A DNA stretch of 49,271 nt from Octopus bimaculoides. Taxonomy: Eukaryota. This document shows positions 1 to 11,900 of this stretch, in pieces; the first letter of the stretch is position 1, and each line of letters opens with the position of its first letter. The notes below the pieces were generated by a model, which worked only from the letters and a program-made list of their open reading frames with translations, ran no database searches and was not told the origin of the DNA. Location: positions 6,975,042 to 7,024,312 of the forward strand of contig NC_069005.1 in the NCBI RefSeq assembly GCF_001194135.2, in the 5' to 3' direction. Position numbers and translations under genes: made by a program.

Positions 1-1924
1 CTAACCCAAATTTTCTGCCTGTTTTATGTTCAAACTAACCAGATCTGGCCTCTCACACTTACCTTACAAGGTCATTCTAAAAATAATCGCATCATTGAAA
101 TTTCAAAGCTATGAGATAATGCATGATTAATACAAAACAATGTGAATAAATAAGCGTTACATTTAGCAGTGTGTGAAGCCAGCCATATGCTTCCCAACCT
201 CAGGCTGACCAAAACCTTGTGGGTGGATTTGGCAGATGGAAACTGAAAGAAGCCTGTCATATGTATGTATGTATACATATAGGCACAGCTGTGTGGTAAG
301 AAAGTTGTTTCCCAACCACATGGTTCCGGGTTCAGCCTCAATGCGTGTCACCTTGGGCAAGCGTCTTCTACTATAGCCTCAGGCCGAACAAAACCATGTG
401 GGTGGATTTGGCAAATGGAAACTGAAAGAAGCCTGTCATATGTATGTATACATATAGGCACAGCTGTGTGGTAAGAAGCTTGTTTCGCAACCACATGGTT
501 CCAGGTTCAGTCCCACTGCGTGGCACCTTGGGCAAGTGCCTGCCTTGTCTTTTTGCATATATTCATCGATCTCATGTTTTGTCTCCATATATAAACAAAT
601 GTATGTATACAGATGTATATATATATATATCTACTGTTTTGCTTGTTCGCAAGATTGCAGCTGCATATTGTGTTATTTTAGTGGCAGCCAAACAGTCAGG
701 TTAATCTTGTACTTTGAATAAACTAATCTTTAATTAAACAGCCTAATTAATGACACAAGATCAATACGCACACACATATGTATATATGTTTATACATTTA
801 TCTATGTATGTATTTATACATGTATATATGTACATACCTATATTTATATATAAACATACATATATATATACTGGTATTGACACATACAAGAGTTGCACGT
901 CTTCAATAACCTTTGTTGAAATTTATTCAAGAGATTAACTCGTTTACAAAGCAATTACAACAAAAACAGACAAATCTTTCAAAGGTTGTTTATATGTATC
1001 TTTGAGCTGAATCATAATTACTTCTGTTAGCCTCAAGGTCACAGATAACTCTCGAAAGGTGAGGATGCAGGTACTTAGGAAAAAAACTTTCATGAGATTT
1101 GAACTCAGGACTTCACTAAATACCCACACCGAATCTCGTTTTATGCAACTCTTTCTTTTTAACTCTTTTACTTGTTTCAGCCATTTGACTGCGGCCATGC
1201 TGGAGCACCGCCTTTAGTCGAGCAAATCGACCCCAGGACTTATTCTTTGTAAGCCTAGTACTCATTCTATCGGTCTCTTTTGCTGAACCGCTAAGTTATG
1301 GGGATGTAAGAGTCCAAACAACTGAAAGTTTTTTTATTGGATGTGTTAACAAATTTTGTCAATCTACTACATTTTCCAGCACACATTGTCAATTTACAGC
1401 CAAGAAAGGTTGGTCGGGGCTTAAGAGCTAGTAAACAAGGAAATCTCTGAGGTTGATATGCTAGAAATAGCAACTAAATCTCCATCATATTACATCTAAC
1501 AATCTTAAAAAAGTCGACTTATACACCAAGACAACTGCAGAGCGCCAAAAATTCCATGTGAAATGCAGCACCCAATGATGAGCAATGTCTCATGTGGCCC
1601 ACATGAGACATGGCTGATTGCCCACGTCGGCTCTATGGGCTCAATCTGCTAGAAATAGCAGCCAAACCACTGTTATATTACACCTTGGTCTTCTGGATCA
1701 GATGTGATCATTTCATATTTTAACGTTTCACGGAATACATAATCCAATATGATATTCTTGCTGTGAGAAGTTAGTTGAAGGAGATTTGGCTTCTATTTCT
1801 AGCAAGATTGAGCCTTGTGTCTAGGAGCTTCATTTTACTCCTTTAGCATTCAGATTACTGTCAAATGAAGTGGCCCCAGTCTAACGACAGATAAAAGGAT
1901 ACGTATTTATACATATATATAATT

Positions 1925-1930
1925 TTTATT
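1925..1930 (-). terminator. Candidate PES1 polyadenylation signal AATAAA
   Basis: First minus-strand AATAAA I found after the stop codon, about 113 nt downstream. Confidence 0.4.
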
Positions 1931-2042
1931 GTCTTTTTAAAATATTGCCATACAACTTCTTCATCTCGGTCTCACACACCATCATCCTATCAGTCAGTCT
2001 CCTCCACACTCAATGAAATCTCCTCATCATCCATTACATTCT

Positions 2043-2120
2043 TTATCTCTTCTGACGGACAGTTTTGCCAGTTTTTTTCTCCTTCTCGATGGCATCCCTC
2101 TTTTGTTTCAGTTTCCTTGT
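2043..2120 (-). CDS. PES1: PES1 terminal exon 17
   Basis: tttactcag|ACAAGG...AGA TAA; [25 protein letters not shown]. Confidence 0.85.
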   Translation of the reverse strand, partial: TRKLKQKRDAIEKEKKTGKTVRQKR

Positions 2121-2345
2121 CTGAGTAAAAAGAAAAAAGAAAAAAAAAAAGACATAAAATGAGAATAGAATTAGGGGAGACAGGGTCAGCAATTTATAAC
2201 TATATTTGTGGGGCGGGGATAAGTTTGTAGGGTTGCTTGTGTGTATATATGAGAGTGTTTGACAGGAGCCACTCCTGTCAAACCATCCCATCCATGCCAG
2301 TTTGGAAGGCGGACAGTAAATGATGGATGATAGTGACTCAAACAC

Positions 2346-2386
<41 letters not shown>

Positions 2387-5300
2387 ATATATATCATCGT
2401 TTAACGTCCGCCTTCCCTGTTAGCATGGGTTGGACGATTTGACTGAGGAGTGGTGAACCAGATGGCTACACCAGGCTCCAATCTGATCTGGCAGAGTTTC
2501 TACAGTTGGATGCCCTTCCTAACACCAACCACTCTGAGTGTAGTGGGTGCTTTTACGTGCCACCGGCACAAAGACCAGTCAGGCAGTACTGGCAACGGTC
2601 ACGCTCAAAACAGTGTATTTTACGTGCCACCTGCACAGGTGGCCAGTCCAGAGGCACTGGCAACGACCTCGCTAAACTGCACTTCATATTCAAGGCTCTG
2701 ATGAAGCTATAAGGTGATACTTAGACACTCAACTATGAGTCCACTGCATGTTGCAGCAGAAATAGCTGTAAGCTAATGAAATTCATAAGATAATCGTTTA
2801 TTCCTGTTGTTATCTTGTTTGCTTGTGTGTGTCTGTGTGTGTACTTTGAATTAAAGGTACAACTCATCTTTGCCAGCTGAGTGAATTGAAGTAATGTGAA
2901 ATAATGTGTCTTGCTCAAGGACACAACACACTGCTGGGGATTGAAATTACAATCTTATGATTGTGAGCTGAATAGCCTAACCACTAAGCCACACGCCTTC
3001 ATTGCATGTGAGAATGACAGCAAAGATGGACAGAGATAATGTATGTATGCAGGTATGAGTATGTGTGTGTGTATGTGCATAAGCGTGTATGAGTATGTGT
3101 GTGCATGCGTATGCGTGTATGTATGTGTGCATGCGTATGCATGTATGAGTATGTGTGTATGCATCTATGAGTATGTGTGTGTGCACGTAAGCGCATGTGT
3201 GTGTAGGTGTAAGCGTGTATGAGTATATGTGTGTGCATGTATGAGCATATGTGTGTGTGTGTGTGTTGTGTAGTAACCTCACTGCATCATCATTTCTCCT
3301 AACACGGACAACTCACCTCCTGAGCAATCTTCTTCTTCCTCATCACGATCTTGTCGTAGAGTTTCTTCTTCTTCTTCGGAATCATCATCTCGGCCAGTTT
3401 CTTCTCCTCCTTCTGTTGTCGTACCACCTTCACTTCGTCGACCTTCTCCACACTGCCAGGAATTACATGCATCTTCTTCGTGCTGCGCTTCTGCTCAACG
3501 AAACACAAAACAAACGGTCAGACCACTTTTGGCCAGCAACGCAAGATGCTTCAAGTCAACAGACAGAATCACGAAATGACCCGAAGGATTTCAGTTCGTG
3601 ACCCTACGTGTCCTCAATCAACAAGACTCTCAAAACAAGAAATATTTGACCGCAAAAACAATAAAAAGAGAAGAAAAAAAAACCATTTTGTCTTTTTACT
3701 ATTAGTTTCAGTCATTACACCGTGGCCATGCTGGATCATCGCCTTCAAGGGTCTCAATCAACAAGATTCTCTAAACAAGAAATACTTGGCCACAAAATAA
3801 AAAAATAAAAAATCTCAGGCTGACCAACACCTTGTGCGTGGGTTTNNNNNNNNNNCAAGAAATATTTGACCGCAAAAACAATAAAAAGAGAAGAAAAAAA
3901 AACCATTTTGTCTTTTTACTATTAGTTTCAGTCATTACACCGTGGCCATGCTGGATCATCGCCTTCAAGGGTCTCAATCAACAAGATTCTCTAAACAAGA
4001 AATACTTGGCCACAAAATAAAAAAATAAAAAATCTCAGGCTGACCAACACCTTGTGCGTGGGTTTGGTAGATGGAAACTGCAAGAAGCCCGTCAAATGCA
4101 TGTATGTTTATATATAGGTATAGCTGTGATAAGAAGCTTGCTTCCCAACCACATGGTTCCGGGTTCAGTCCCACTGCATGGCAACTTGAGGAATTGTCTT
4201 CCACTATAGCCTCAGGCTGACTAAAACCTTGTGGGTGGATTTGGTAGATGGAAACTGAAAGAAGCCCATCATATATATATATCTGTGTATGTGTGACTTT
4301 GTGTCTGCACTAGTCCCTATACTACTGCTTGACAACTGGTGTTGGTGTGTTTATGTTCCCGTAACTCAGCAGTTCAGCAAAACAGACTGATAGAATAAGT
4401 ACTAGGTTTAAGAAATAAGTCCTGGTGTTGATTTGTTCGACTAAAATGACCGAAAGAATAAAAGCACATGTGTATGAGAAAGGATGTGTAACATTTTCTG
4501 GAAAAGAGGTTGAATTTTTCAAACCAAAATTTACCCCAGAAAAAAAAAATGTAGGTTGACTCAAACATCAAGATGACATCCGAGGACTAAAAATTCCAGG
4601 TGAAATGCAGCAGGATTTGGAAAGGTAGGGACAATGTTTGAATGTAGAACACCTGCTTACATTATAAACTATGTTGTTGGCACTCCGTCGCTTATGACGT
4701 CAAGGGTTCCAGTTGATCCGATCAACAGAACAGCCTGCTCGTAAAATTAACATGCAAGTGGCTGAGCACTCCACAGACACGTGTACCCTTTAACGTAGTT
4801 CTCGGGGATATTCAGCGTGACACAGTGTGACAAGGCTGACCTTTTGAATTACAGGCACAACAGAAACAGGAAGTAAGAGTGAGAGAAAGTTGTGGTGAAA
4901 GAGTACAGCAGGGTTCGCCACCATCCCCTGCCGGAGCCTCGTGGAGCTTTTAGGTGTTTTCGCTCAATAAACACTCACAATGCNNNNNNNNNNNNNNNNN
5001 NNNNNNNNNNNNNNNNNNNNNNNNNNNNNNNNNNNNNNNNNNNNNNNNNNNNNNNNNNNNNNNNNNNNNNNNNNNNNNNNNNNNNNNNNNNNNNNNNNNN
5101 NNNNNNNNNNNNNNNNNNNNNNNNNNNNNNNNNNNNNNNNNNNNNNNNNNNNNNNNNNNNNNNNNNNNNNNNNNNNNNNNNNNNNNNNNNNNNNNNNNNN
5201 NNNNNNNNNNNNNNNNNNNNNNNNNNNNNNNNNNNNNNNNNNNNNNNNNNNNNNNNNNNNNNNNNNNNNNNNNNNNNNNNNNNNNNNNNNNNNNNNNNNN

Positions 5301-5890
5301 NNNNNNNNNNNNNNNNNNNNNNNNNNNNNNNNNNNNNNNNNNNNNNNNNNNNNNNNNNNNNNNNNNNNNNNNNNNNNNNNNNNNNNNNNNNNNNNTCTGC
5401 AAGTTTACGTTTTTTCAGAGCTGCCTTCTTCTTTCCTGAGGCTGAAATAAAAAAAAGAAAGAAATCAAATGAGAGACTACAAGGGTTTGATCTCGCGTAT
5501 CCCAGCTTGACAGTGATGGCAACCACAGCTGCTCAGTCAATATTGAAATCAGAGAGGAAGCCTGTACGTGACCTTGCAAGTCAATGCATCATTATCATTG
5601 TTTTAACATCCAGACAAAAAGCAGGTGCCATGTAAAAAGCAACCAGTACACTCTGTAGAGTGGTTGGCATTAGGAAGGGCATCCAGCCATAGAAGCGGTG
5701 CCAAACTAGACAATTAGGGCCGGAGCAGGCTCACCTTCTTGCCAGTTCTAGATGAACTGTCCAACCCATGACAGCATGGAAAGTGGACATTAAATAATGA
5801 GGATGGTGATTTTCTATACTCACATAGGTTGGGCAGAATTTCGTAGGGGGCAGATTTACTATGACCAGATGCCCTTCCAGTTACCAACTC

Positions 5891-5980
<90 letters not shown>

Positions 5981-8900
5981 GAGAGGGGAGGAGCATCAAA
6001 CCATTAATCCTGACACATGTTTCCCTCTCTCTCTCCATTTTTGTCCCCTCATCACTTTCTGTCAAAGGACATAGGCTTGAAACGTCGAACACTTTTCCAT
6101 TTTTCCTATGCATACACATGCTTGTCGTTCCCTCACCGGTCTCTGTCTTTTGTTTCCTGTACATGNNNNNNNNNNGTGTGAGTGTATGTATAAAGATTCA
6201 TCCTGTTTTTATATACTGATTAAAAAAAAAGAGAAAATATTGGCTTACTCTTTTTCTTGACAGGAGAATTTCCATTTTCTTTATCACTGATCTTATCTTC
6301 AGCTTCACTTTCCGAGGCCTCGGTACCAGCAACAGCCATCTCCTCCTCCTCCTCTTCTTCTTCTTCTCCTTCCTCTTCACCTTCTGTTGAAAAAGTTTGG
6401 AAACAAAATTAAAGAAAAAGAAAATTAAGATATTTCAGTCAACAAAATAACAAAAATAAAATAAATAAAAATGCTACAATAATCTCAATTTGTAGAAGAA
6501 ACTTGTGACAACGTTTGTATTGAGTCAGGGAAAAATCAACCCCAGTACTTTTTTTAAAGCCTGATACTTATTCTTCCAGTCTCTTTTTGTTGAACTGCTA
6601 AGTTATGGGAGTATAAACACATCAACACCCATTGTCAAGCAGAGGTGGGAGATATATACACACACAACTATATACACAACAAACTTCTTTCAGTTTCCCT
6701 CACCACCGCTTGACAACTGATGCTGGTATGTTTATGTCCCTGTAACTTAGCAGTTCAGCAAAAGAGAAGTACCAGGCTTAAAAAAAAAAAAAAAAGTACT
6801 GGGATCGATTCATTCGACTAAAGAATTCTCCAAGGAGGTGCCCCCAGCATGGCTGCAGTCACTAATGATTGAAACAAGTAAGACGTAAAAGATAAACACT
6901 TCAAGGCAGTGCCCCAGCATGGCCCACAGTCCAAAGACTGAAACTAACAAGAGGATTAAAAAAAAAAAAAAAATCAGATATAAAAATTAGGACCCCCCCC
7001 CNNNNNNNNNNNNNNNNNNNNCCCCCCCCCCACCGAGCCAAAAAAAAAGAACCTTACCTTGGCCTTCTGACAACTGTGCCAATTTTTCAGGAGGTATATA
7101 TTCCCCTTCTTCTTCAACAACAAACGGTGATAGATGCGGGGGTAACAACTCTCCAGGGAAGTAGTCTTCGACAGGGACCAGTTTCTGTGCATTCACACAA
7201 TCAAACACCCACTGCGGCTGGATATAGTAACTGAAAGCATCAAAGAAGACAGTTCACATTAATGTGATATGGATGTACAGAAGTATAAGGAAAGGAAAAA
7301 ACTGTAGGTGGAGACCAGAGGTTTTCAAACTGTGGTCCGCGGACCACAGGGTGTCCATGGACAGCAAATACTTTTTATGGGCAATTTGATTTTATATATG
7401 TTTTTTAATCGAAATCTTTTAATTGACAATAAACCTATTTGTTAAATACTGTTAAATAAATAAATGTAAAAATATATGTTATTTTAAGCAAATATTTATA
7501 TATAAATTTCGTTTATAAGGTAAAGCCTGAAATATAAACGGGTCCGCAAGTCAAAAAGTTTGAAAACCCCTGGTGTAGACAATCTTTTATTCATAATCCA
7601 AGTTGGTACAGAACCAAAATGCATTCTACAAATTGTTTCAGAGTCTAATTAATTGCAAAGACAAAAACAAAAAACTCTTCATGAAATAAAAATTAGATTC
7701 TTCGTCAGGAANNNNNNNNNNNNNNNNNNNNNNNNNNNNNNNNNNNNNNNNNNNNNNNNNNNNNNNNNNNNNNNNNNNNNNNNNNNNNNNNNNNNNNNNN
7801 NNNNNNNNNNNNNNNNNNNNNNNNNNNNNNNNNNNNNNNNNNNNNNNNNNNNNNNNNNNNNNNNNNNNNNNNNNNNNNNNNNNNNNNNNNNNNNNNNNNN
7901 NNNNNNNNNNNNNNNNNNNNNNNNNNNNNNCAAATACTAAATATATATTTTTTTATATTTATTCTTTATTTGGACTGTAACGAGTGGACTTGGATGTTTG
8001 ACACCTCTTTGAAGGATTTTGGTCCTCACCTCTGATATATATATATATATATACAAGATATATATATCATTCGCCATGATAGATCGCTAACCACTACACA
8101 GATTTTTTTTCTCTCCTTGTTTCTTTCTGTGGAAGAACGTAGGCTCGAAACGTTAAAGACTTTTTCAATTCCTGAGCGTTATACTAATACAACTGTTTTA
8201 TTTATACTCTCGGAGTGGTTGGCATTAGGAAGGGCATCCAGCCGTAGAAACTCTGCCAAATCATACTGGAGCCTGGTGTAGCCATCTGGCTCACCAGTCC
8301 TCAGTCAAATCGTCCAACCCATGCTAGCATGGAAAGCGGACGTTTAAAACGATGATGATGATGATGTATGTATATTGTGCTGGTGTCACGTAAAAGTGGT
8401 TATGTAGAGCCATGTTAAAAGCACACTCTGTAAAGTGGTTGGCATTAGGAAGAACATCTAGCTGTTGAAAACAGGCCACATCAAACCGGAACCTAGCGCA
8501 GCTCTCTGGCTTGCCAGCCCCAGTCCAATTCCAACCATCCAACCCAGGCCAGCATGGAAAATCAATGTTGAAGGATGATTGATGATGATGATGATAATAA
8601 TGACGACAATAATGTATGGACATGCATGTCTGTGAGTACCATTAACCAAGCCATGGCGAGATGATTGTAAACGAGCATTAGCCACCATACAAGCAATATT
8701 TTTAAAATGACATAGTAGGATAGGTGTGAGAAGCTGAATCTGGCCAGTTTCAATGCCAAAGGATTAATGTTAATAAACGTACCGTGATAAATATTTCTTG
8801 TCTTGATTTGGTCGATCGACAATCTGATGACTAATGGTTTCGTCATCTTCCTGATACGAGTGTCCAAGGCTTCCTGTGTTTGACCAAGACACTTCACCAT

Positions 8901-11900
8901 CAAAAGAACTGCAGGAACAAAAAAAACAAAACAAAAAACAAAATGTATTTTAATTGATTAACACTTTTATCTTTCAACTTTTACTTGTTTCAGTCATTAG
9001 ACTGTGGCCATGTTGGGGTACTGCCTTGAAGAATTTTTAGCTGAATGAATCAACCCTGGTACTTATTCAGCTCAAAACAATATCTGTGTATCGCGATTTC
9101 CGGGGGCTAGATTCCGTTGTTCGAAAATATAAGGACACAGATCGTGTTGTATAACCAGCTGGAGACGATGTCTCCTGGGGATAAATTACAGCAACATTCG
9201 TCCTAAATCAGGATTGCCATGTTATGTTGGCAAACAATCTTTACTCCAAAGTACTGTTGCTGAATATCTTTCATTGTGAGATATACAAACAGTAATTTTC
9301 CACACCAACATTGGTTAACTTACGTGGGTTAACTAGATTTTTAAACTTATATGAATCAACAACATTTTAAACTTATTTATTTAAAAATGATTAAAACTTA
9401 AAACTTACCGAATAATAAATACCATATATTCTCTTGGAATTTCTCGGTTGAGAAAGAATTTGAGTCCTTTAAACAGATTTTGAAATCGAAGGAGATTCTT
9501 GTATTCCATTTTGGCCATTTCTACTTCGTCTGGATTCTCAGGCTGAAGTTAAATAGAATCAATAAATTGGAATGACAAAATGGGATGAATGGGTCTTAAG
9601 AACGGTAACTTGTAGAGCGAGTTGGCACTGTCTTGGATTTGCTGCTTAAAACAACCACTCCAGATTTAAATAGACACACACAGTTTGTTAAATGGATATT
9701 CATCAGATGTGGCTGAGTGGTTAAGAAGCTTGCTTCACAACTACATGGTTCTGGGTTCAGTCCCACTGCATGGCACCAAAGCCTTGTGAGTTAATTTGAG
9801 AGATAAAAACTGAAAAAAAGTTCATCATGTGTGTGTGTGTGTGTGTGAGAGTGTGGACTGTGTGTTTTCACATTTGTGTTTGTCCCCCGCTACTGATCAA
9901 GAAACCAATAGAGTAGGTATCAATACTTGAATTGGGAAAAAAAAAAAAACCATCAGTACGGGGGTCGATTCATTTGGCTAAAATTTACCAAGGCTGTGCC
10001 CCAGCATGGCCACGGTCTAATGACTAAAAACAAGCAAAAGAATATATATATGTATGTGTGTGTGTCATCATCGTCATTTAATGTCTCTTTTCCATGCTGG
10101 CATGGGTTGGACGATTTGACAAGAACTGGCAAGGCCAGGGGGCCACACAGATTCCAAAGTCTGTTTCCACAGCTGGATGCCCTTCCTAATGCCAACCACT
10201 TTACAGTGTTCTGGATGGGATGTACCAGCAGTAGTGAGGGCACCAAGTACTCACAAGACCACCCACCCACCTTAATTGATTGGGGTATAGTACCAAGGGA
10301 TAAGAAAGTATGATAGGACAGGGGCAGGTAACTAGTTGAAGAGGTGAGTATATAGATGAGAGAGAGAGATCAAGGGACAACGTGTGTATACATGTGTATT
10401 CTAATGTTAAATACTAAACAACACCATCATCATCATCATCATTTAACGTCCACTTTCCATGCTAGCATGGGTTGGACGGTTTGACCGAGGACTGGCAAGC
10501 CAGTGGGCTGCACTCGGCTCCAGTCTGATCCGGCAAGGTTGCTACAGCTGGATGCTCTTCCTAACACCAACCACTCCGAGAGTTTAGTGGGTGCTTTTTA
10601 TGTGCCGCCAGCACAGGAGCCAGTCAGGGTACACTGGCATCGACCACGTTCAGATGGTGCTTTTTACGTGCCACTGGCGCAGGTGCCAGTCAGAGGGCAC
10701 TGGCATGACAGTGGACAGTAATTAAAAGTCACTTACATTGACAACTGGAAACTCGTCAATTTCTTCATCAACATTGTCACCATGTTTCTTCAGCTGTTGA
10801 GTCATAGCCGCCAGTTGCTGGAAAGAAATGGCAAAAGAGAAAGATAAAAAAAAATAAAATCTTATGGGTGGATAGGAAATTCGTTTTGGAATCCACCTTA
10901 TCCCAAGTTCAATCCCACTGCATGTGTGTGTGTGTGCTTAATCCTTTCATTACCATATTTCTGTTGAAATAAGGTGCTTTTGTTTCAATTAATTTTGTGG
11001 TAAACAGCAGCTCCCCAACTACATGGCTCCAGGTTCAGTCCCACAGTGTGGCACCTTGGGCAAGTGTCTTCTACTATAGCCTTGCGAGTGGATTTGGTAG
11101 ATGGAAACTGAAAGAAGACTGCCATATATATATAGACGACAGGCTTCTTGTATATGTATATGTTTCTGGGTCTGTGTTTGTCCCCCTACCATCGCTTGAC
11201 AACCGATGTTGGTATGTTTACATCCCTGTAACTTAGCGGTTCGGCAAAGGAGACTGATAGAATGTGCTGGGCTTATAAAGAATAAGTCGTGGGGTCAATT
11301 TGTTCGACTAAAGGTGGTGCTCCAGCATGGCCACAGTCAAATGACAAACGAGTAAAAGAATTAAGTTGATGTATGGTACATAAATAAACATGAAATTTGG
11401 GGGGAAGATTCTTAATTTAGATCACTATAAACCAGGAAGTTTTATTTGTTTATATCACAGAACCAAGGACAGGTTCAGACAGATTGGTATCAAAAGAGTT
11501 AAGAGTAGATGCAGGAGTGGCTGTGTGGTAAGTAGCTTGCTTACCAACCACATGGTTCTGGGTTCAGTCCCACTGCGTGGCACCTTGGGCAAGTGTCTTC
11601 TACTATAGCCTCGGGCTGACCTAAGCCTTGTGAGTGGATTTGGTAGACGGAAAACTGAAAGAAGCCCATCATATATATATATATATATGTGTGTGTGTAT
11701 ATGTTTGTGTGTCTGTGTTTGTCCCCCCAACATCGCTTGACAACCGAAGTTGGTATGTTTACATCCCTGTAACTTAGCAGTTCGGCAAAAAGAGACCTAT
11801 AGAATAAGTACTAGGCTTCCAAAGAATAAGTCCTGGGGGTCGATTTGCTCGACTAAAAGGCGGTGCTCCAGCATGGCCACAGTCAAATGACTGAAACAAG

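Noticed and set aside
3251-3601. 116-aa plus-strand Leu-rich ORF
   Set aside because: Antisense shadow of the Lys/Glu-rich PES1 exon 16
4892-5635. Long ORFs spanning N runs (also 20685, 25687, 27167, 39233, 41047, 47425 and others)
   Set aside because: They are open only because N codons are not stops; only the short PES1 exon 15 piece is credible
9068-9345. Helitron-like insert in a SINE fragment (hairpin GTTAAC...GTTAAC followed by CTAG)
   Set aside because: The flanks do not fit the A|TC...CTRR|T rule and there is no second copy in the window
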